Source: Blastocystis sp. Blastoise (Eukaryota > Protista > Bigyra: Opalinata). Taken from it: 64,000 bases of DNA. Of this stretch, positions 57,974 to 64,000 are shown piece after piece. The notes beneath the pieces were generated by a model, which had not been told where the DNA came from, ran no database searches, and saw only the letters and a list, made by a program, of their open reading frames with translations. Within the stretch, counting starts at the first letter, position 1. Each line of letters starts with the position of its first letter. The stretch lies in contig JBBPEB010000033.1 of the NCBI GenBank assembly GCA_039096225.1, positions 682,001 to 746,000 of the forward strand, given 5' to 3'. Position numbers and translations under genes: made by a program.

Positions 57974-59995
57974 ATGAATCGAAATAAAACAACTAAAAAG
58001 TACATTACAGATTACATTGGTCTTCTTATATTTTTAGAAAGTCACTAAACATCTCAAAGACTCTGTCTCCTACTGAAGAGAATGATATTAATCCAAATTT
58101 ATTACATCAATATGAATGCACTGTATTATTTGTTTTTCTAAATATAATTTATTTAGTTGGCTCGACTTCTTTGTTCTTCAAAAAAAATCGTTGTAATCCT
58201 AGGAGCTGGCATCAGTGTTGGTGCAGGAATTCCTGATTTTCGAAGCAAAGTATATATGATATAATATGAGTTGACATAACAAGTTAATAAACATTCGTAT
58301 TATAGAATGGAATATATAAGAAAGTTCCAGATTTCTTTCCAAAGTATGTTTCACCCGAAGAAGTATTTTCTCGTGATTATTTTAAAGAGGATCCTCATTT
58401 ACTATTTAAATCATTACAATATATATTCAAAAGTATGTTTTTATATATTATATATTATTATATATTATATATTATATATTATATTATATATTATATATTA
58501 TTATATATTAATATTATATTATATATTATATATTATATATTATATATTATAAATAAATATATATATAGATTGTATATTAAAACCGACATCAATGCATCAA
58601 TATATTCAGGATATATACAAAGAAGGACGTTTATTGAGATTATATACACAAAATATAGATACTATTGAAGGAAAAGATTATGGTGAGAAATGTGTTCATA
58701 TTCATGGAAATATATACAGTGGCTATTGTACTAAATGCAAGTATATATATGTATTTTAAAGTTTTTAATTTCTTTTTCTAATTTTTTTTGCAAAAAAAAA
58801 GTAAGTACTATAATATTATGATGTTTAAAGTATTATTATTAATTATTATAATTATTATATAGGAGGAAAGTCAATGAAGGAGAAATTATGACATCAATAA
58901 AAGAAGGAAAAGCTGGAATTTGTCGTGATAATAATTGTGATGGATATATAATAGTAATATATATATTTCTCAATATTATTATTATATATATACAAAGATA
59001 AAAATATTATTCCAGAATTATTCATATTATATATTATAATAAAAAAATGATATACTATTATTCTAGAATTATTCATTATATATATATAATGATATACTAA
59101 TATTCTAGAATTATTCTTATCCTATATATATAAATAGGGATATATATGTCCAGATGTTACTTTATATGGAGATCCAATAAATAAAAAAGTGTATTCTTAT
59201 ATGTATGAAGATCAACAATGTGTATTTATATATAATTATAAATAAAACTTTATATTTCTTATTATTCCTATTATACCCTATTATTATTCATTTTAGTATA
59301 TCTAAATGTCTTTCTATACATATATATATATAGTGTGATTTAGTCTTGATTATTGGTACGTCATTAGCCGTTGAACCTCTATCTTCTCTTGTTTCTCTCT
59401 ATTCTACTATACCTACTGTATATATATAGAGTCATCTATAACACATATTATGTAATAATTAATTAATTATTTTGTATATATATACTTTATTGTTCTCTTT
59501 ATAAAGATTATAATAAATAAAACATGTATTAAACCTATTCAAATACAAGTACCTTTAGACACTAAAGTATTTCCCTATAAGTTTCAATTATTAGGAGATT
59601 GCCAACAAATACCTAACTATTTTCATCATATTATTCAACAATATCTATCGAAACATTCAAGTGACTGTTCTTTATCTTCTTCTTCATCTTCTTCTTCATC
59701 ATCATCATCATCTTCTTCTTCATCATCATCACCATCATCTTTTTCTTCATCTTCTTCCTCTAGTCTTCTTTCACTTTCTCTTATCCCAAAACCATCAAAT
59801 CTTTCACAATTTATTTTCTTTCTTTTTCCAGTATATATACATAATTTCTTTTGTACACTTGACGAATTCATTATTATTATTTTCTAAATTGTTTTTAAAT
59901 ATTATTTATAATATAAAATATAGGATGGAGTGAAATCGTCAATAAAAAAATATAAAAATATATGTTCACATCTATTTTCTGTAAATTATTCGTAA
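57974..59995 (+). CDS. Sirtuin (SIR2-family NAD-dependent deacylase), 9 introns, poly-Ser tail
   Basis: GAGISVGAGIPDFRS, YTQNID, HG..CTKC, C....C..PDV, GTSLAVEP, IINK, GDC. Confidence 0.9.
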
Positions 59996-60379
59996 ATGTT
60001 CAAAATGAATATAAAGTTGGCTTTATAAATAATTAATCAAAGTTAATGTTATTCAATATATACGAATCATATTAAAATACACATAAATTTTATTTCAAAA
60101 CAATTTTACTCTGGGACCACTATATTTGCATCACAATTATTCAACATTAATCTTATCAAGAAAGAGAGTATTATTTACAATTATCAGACATAACAGTAGA
60201 AATACTAGTATTTATTCTATAACAAATTTATGTGCATATAAAAATCCATATAATATAAACTGCAATTATTAAATAAAAAGAGATAGACAAACCGCTATAA
60301 TCAACGTATTATATTAAAATAATACAGTTGTAATGAGTATAAAAAGTAAAGGAGATGAATTACTAGAAATTGAAGTTAT

Positions 60380-61800
60380 TCGTCATAAAAATTTTTGTTC
60401 AATTAACCTTGATACAAGACTACAGAACATATAAAGGTCGAATTTTGTAAATTAAAGAAATATATGTTGAGGGTAAAAACAAATTATGATATTTCAGTTC
60501 AAAATCTTTATTTTTTTAAACTAAAAAGTTATTTACACATAATAGAACATTTCATGATGTATTTAACACATAACCAGGATACTATAAAAGCGTAGGTACG
60601 AATAATCAAGAGACGAGCACTTACGTGTTGATCCTTGGTTAGAATATTGTTATTATAATTAAATGATCTATTCTTAATGATAAACACGTCACTGGCGTCT
60701 ATTAATGAAAACTTTATGAAAGACCACAGCACACAAATAAGTTGCGTGTTGTGTTTTATTGTAGATATCTTTTGTTTCTCTTTTTATTATTTTTTCTTCT
60801 CTATTTCTCTAATATAGAATAGTAATTATATTTATAATAGAATAATTTTCTCCTTTTATTTAAAACAAAAGATTTCATTCATAAACTTGATAAAAAAAGA
60901 AATGACGACGATTACCCAAATTATTCGATAATTTTTTTCGGAATTCTTTTCAGGTTTTTATTTTTAAAAACCAATCATTTTCCGATATAAAGTGAATTTT
61001 CCATGAAAATTTCGAAAAGATTTTTGTTAGTTTTGAAGGGATTGACACTCAACTCTTATTTTTAATTGTTTGAATCAGGTTATATTCTTTAGATATATGT
61101 AATAATTTAAAATATATTCATAAAGAAATGATGACGATAAAGAATAAATAATTTGTTTTATATTAGTAATATAATTGGATAAACAATCATATTTACAGGC
61201 AGTTCGTCATAGTGGAACCGATGAAAAAGGGAGAAACGTTAGGCTCCTTCATCGTGATGATTGATTGGATGAGTTAAAGATATCGCCGATTTAATTGGTT
61301 GAAAAAAATTGTAAACGAAATTTCCAATCAGGGGTCATCAGGCATGACCTCTTTCAGCGGGAAATGGGGAAAAAAAGCGCAAAAAGAGCCAGTTTTTACA
61401 AAAAAACACTGAAGAATCAGTCAAAAAATAATTAAAAAATCACTAAAAAAATAAAAAAACAAGTATAATTTTCTTAAAAACCGTCGGTATTTTTTCAAAG
61501 ACATTGTTTTTGAGCTTATCTTGACGTGCTACACAAAACCGAACTATTTTCAAGTGAAAAAAATAAATAATCAGAGAGAAAATGTAAAATAATCGTTTAA
61601 GCGCAAAAAAAGCATCAATAAGCGCACTTTGCGCTAAAAGCGCAGTTTTGGCACACCCTGTTTCCAATACATTTGCGACAGACAAAAAAGCGTGTCATCT
61701 CCTGTATAGAGCCGTCATTCCGGGGGAGAAAGAGAAATGGTTGTTTATATCGTCATTTCTATGTGATATCTTGTTGAGATGTATAATCCGTCACTTCCAC
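60380..61800 (+). promoter_or_regulatory. GC-richer putative promoter region of the downstream surface-protein gene, with TGACG/CGTCA, CCAAT and AAGCGC clusters
   Basis: 9 TGACG/CGTCA copies; CCAAT/ATTGG at ~60971, 61264, 61294, 61324, 61664; AAGCGC repeats 61375-61645; no microsatellites. Confidence 0.45.
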
Positions 61801-61873
61801 ATTTGACACATTCTCTTTTCCTTTTTCTATTCTTTATTACTCACATTTTATTTTTATTCTTATTTTGGTTGAT

Positions 61874-64000
61874 ATGAATAGAATATATCTTTTATTTATT
61901 CTTTGCGTTGTATTCACTCAAGGTATGCATGATAATACTGATTATTGTTGTTTCTTATTCATATTTTTCTATATTTAGGCCTTGATTGTCTTGCTGGTCA
62001 ATTTGAATTTACTGTTAATAGAAAATATGGTAATTATGCTGATGAAGAATCTTTTGCTATTTATCGAGGTACTGTTACTGGTGTTCAAGTTTTCACCATG
62101 GCTGGACAAAATGGACAAGCTTTTACTGAACAAAGTGGATCTTTCTGTTCTGAAATGACTACACATACTATATCAATGGCTGATTCCTATGGTGATGGTT
62201 GGGGTGATGCTACATCTACTTCTACTCTCAGTATTTCTATTAGTGGACTTGAAATATTTAAAGGAGGTATGGCTTACGTTGGTGGTAGTGATTATAAAAC
62301 TGATGTGAAGACATTTAACAGTATGTAATTATTTTTATAAAATCTATCTGTATAAATCATTTATTGTTTTCTTTCTTCGAAACTTTCATTTAATTTATAT
62401 ATATATAATATAATATACTTATTTCATATAGCTAATTTAATGATTTCTTTTGGTTCTGAATGGAAATATTCTGATGCTGCTCAATCTGGTGCTGGTTGGG
62501 CTGCTACTTCTTTTTCAGATAATTCTTGGTCTGCTGCTGGTAGTGGTTCTATGCCTGCTTTTACTGCTACAACTCGTTATTATCGTAAAACTGTTTCTTT
62601 TACAAATCGTAATGAATTTGCTACTGTTTTATTAGCTCTTAAAACTGGTGAAGGTGTTGCCGTTTATGTTGAAGGTACTGAAATCTATAGACATAAATTA
62701 CCTTCTGGTACTTTAACTGGCCAGACTACTGCTATTTCTGCTTCTGATGCTCTTATTGCTTCTAAGAGAATTAGCTTTAATAAATTCTTATTACCTCAAA
62801 GTGGTAGTTTTGTTATTGCTATTGAAATTCATCAAGCTCAAGGTGTTACTAATGGTCCTGATGTTTTTAATATTGGTGGTGCTCTTTTTGGTTCTGCTGT
62901 AGCTAATGAATGTTCTACTTCTAGATTTGCTTCAGGTATTGCTTCTAGTACTCCTTCTTCTGGTGTTACAGGTACTAGTGTCAATGATCTTTTTGATGGT
63001 AAGACAAGTAGTCAATTTGCTATTAATGGTTTTACTACTGCTAATATTATTTATACATTTAATGATGCTGCTTCTGAATGGATTAATTCTTATTCAATTA
63101 CTTCTAGTTCTGATAGTAGTTATGGTGTTCCTAAAGCTTGGAAATTCTATGGTTCTACTGATAATAATATATGGGATGTATTAGATCAAAGAGATAATGA
63201 AGTTTTTGCTTCTACATCTACTAAAAAGACTTATCCTGTTCGTAGTAATGAAAAATCATATAAAATGTTTAAATTAGAAGTTACTCAAACAACAGTTACT
63301 AATACTTTTGCTATGTCTCTTTTTGAAGTTTATGTTTGTAACTTTGCTTATCTTCCTGCTGGTTTACAATATGAGGTTACTACTCTTAGTGGTTATGCTG
63401 GTATTGATCAATTTAATATTGCTCCTGCTTCTAATGGTTATACTAGTTATACTTCTGTTCCTCCATTCCCTGCTGGTTTAACTTTATCTTCATCAACTGG
63501 TATTATTTCTGGTTCTCCTTCTGAAGGTGCTACTGGTGCTTATGTTATTACTGCTACTAAGATGGGTACTACTCAAACATCTTCATTTACTATGAATTTA
63601 GGTATTCAATCTTGTGCTCCTCCTACTAAATTACATATTCGTTTTAGAAAAACAAATCAATCTTTTGCTTCTGAAGAAGGTTGGGCATTAAAGAATGCTG
63701 CTGGTACTACTATTTATACTTCTCCATCTTTAACTCAATATCAAGAATTCGCTGCTACTCTTTGTGTTGATGCTCAAGTTCATACAGTTTCTTTACTTGA
63801 TAGTCATTCTGATGGTTGGGATGCTGGTTCTTATTTATATCTTGATGTATCTAATTATGAAGGTGGCTATTTCACTGCTGCTAAACTTTTTGATCGTAGA
63901 AATGCTGTAAAAGATTTCCAATTTGATTTCAATTATCTTATTCCTCTTAAATCTACTACTTGGCAATATACTCAAGGTAATGTTCCTGCTAATTGGAATA
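61874..64000 (+). CDS. Second giant surface protein of the same family as 1726-6755; truncated by the window end
   Basis: Signal peptide MNRIYLLFILCVVFTQG; introns 61923-61978 and ~62322-62431; DSYGDGWG, WKYSDAAQSGAGW..FSDNSW, DLFDG..WINSY..PKAWKFYGS, PFPAGLTLSSSTGIISGSP. Confidence 0.9.

Noticed and set aside
59635-59933. Acidic minus-strand ORF and His/Leu plus-strand ORF
   Set aside because: Alternative frames of the sirtuin poly-Ser repeat.
60571-60600. AACC..GAT..GCGTAGG resembling the 3' half of a TPP riboswitch
   Set aside because: No upstream CUGAGA/P2-P3 half and no thiamine-related gene adjacent.

Overview
This is very AT-rich, gene-dense eukaryotic (protist) DNA using the standard code, with about 150 spliceosomal introns by my hand count. 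Most internal introns are filled with (TA)n and sense-strand (TTA)n microsatellites, so most of the supplied ORF track is microsatellite noise. Hand-splicing gives 17 genes: a giant type I surface protein with three tandem 4-domain modules, PP4R1, DPM3, two tandem UNC-93-like MFS genes (0 vs 11 introns), presequence protease PreP, METTL5, URM1, CCDC25, SUV3, a class I-like PI3K, a GH38 alpha-mannosidase with a lectin-like insert, a GPI-type degenerate Cu-SOD-fold protein, a PH-CAMK kinase with two MYCBP2-like SH3 repeats, transketolase, a sirtuin, and a second giant surface protein that runs off the end. The gene content suggests a Blastocystis/Opalinata-like stramenopile; this is inference only. 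The most notable biology is the splicing system. (i) Two U12-type AT-AC introns have proper minor 5' and branch signals. (ii) About 7 junctions need non-canonical ends (GT-AC, GT-AA x3, GA-AG, possibly GG-AG and GT-TA), and each mimics the spliced mRNA, so this is either real tolerance or an RNA-polishing artefact. (iii) Some introns are literally GT(AT)nAG, with self-pairing ends. A recurrent GC-rich near-palindrome (TTCCCGYGGRA) also occurs in gene bodies.
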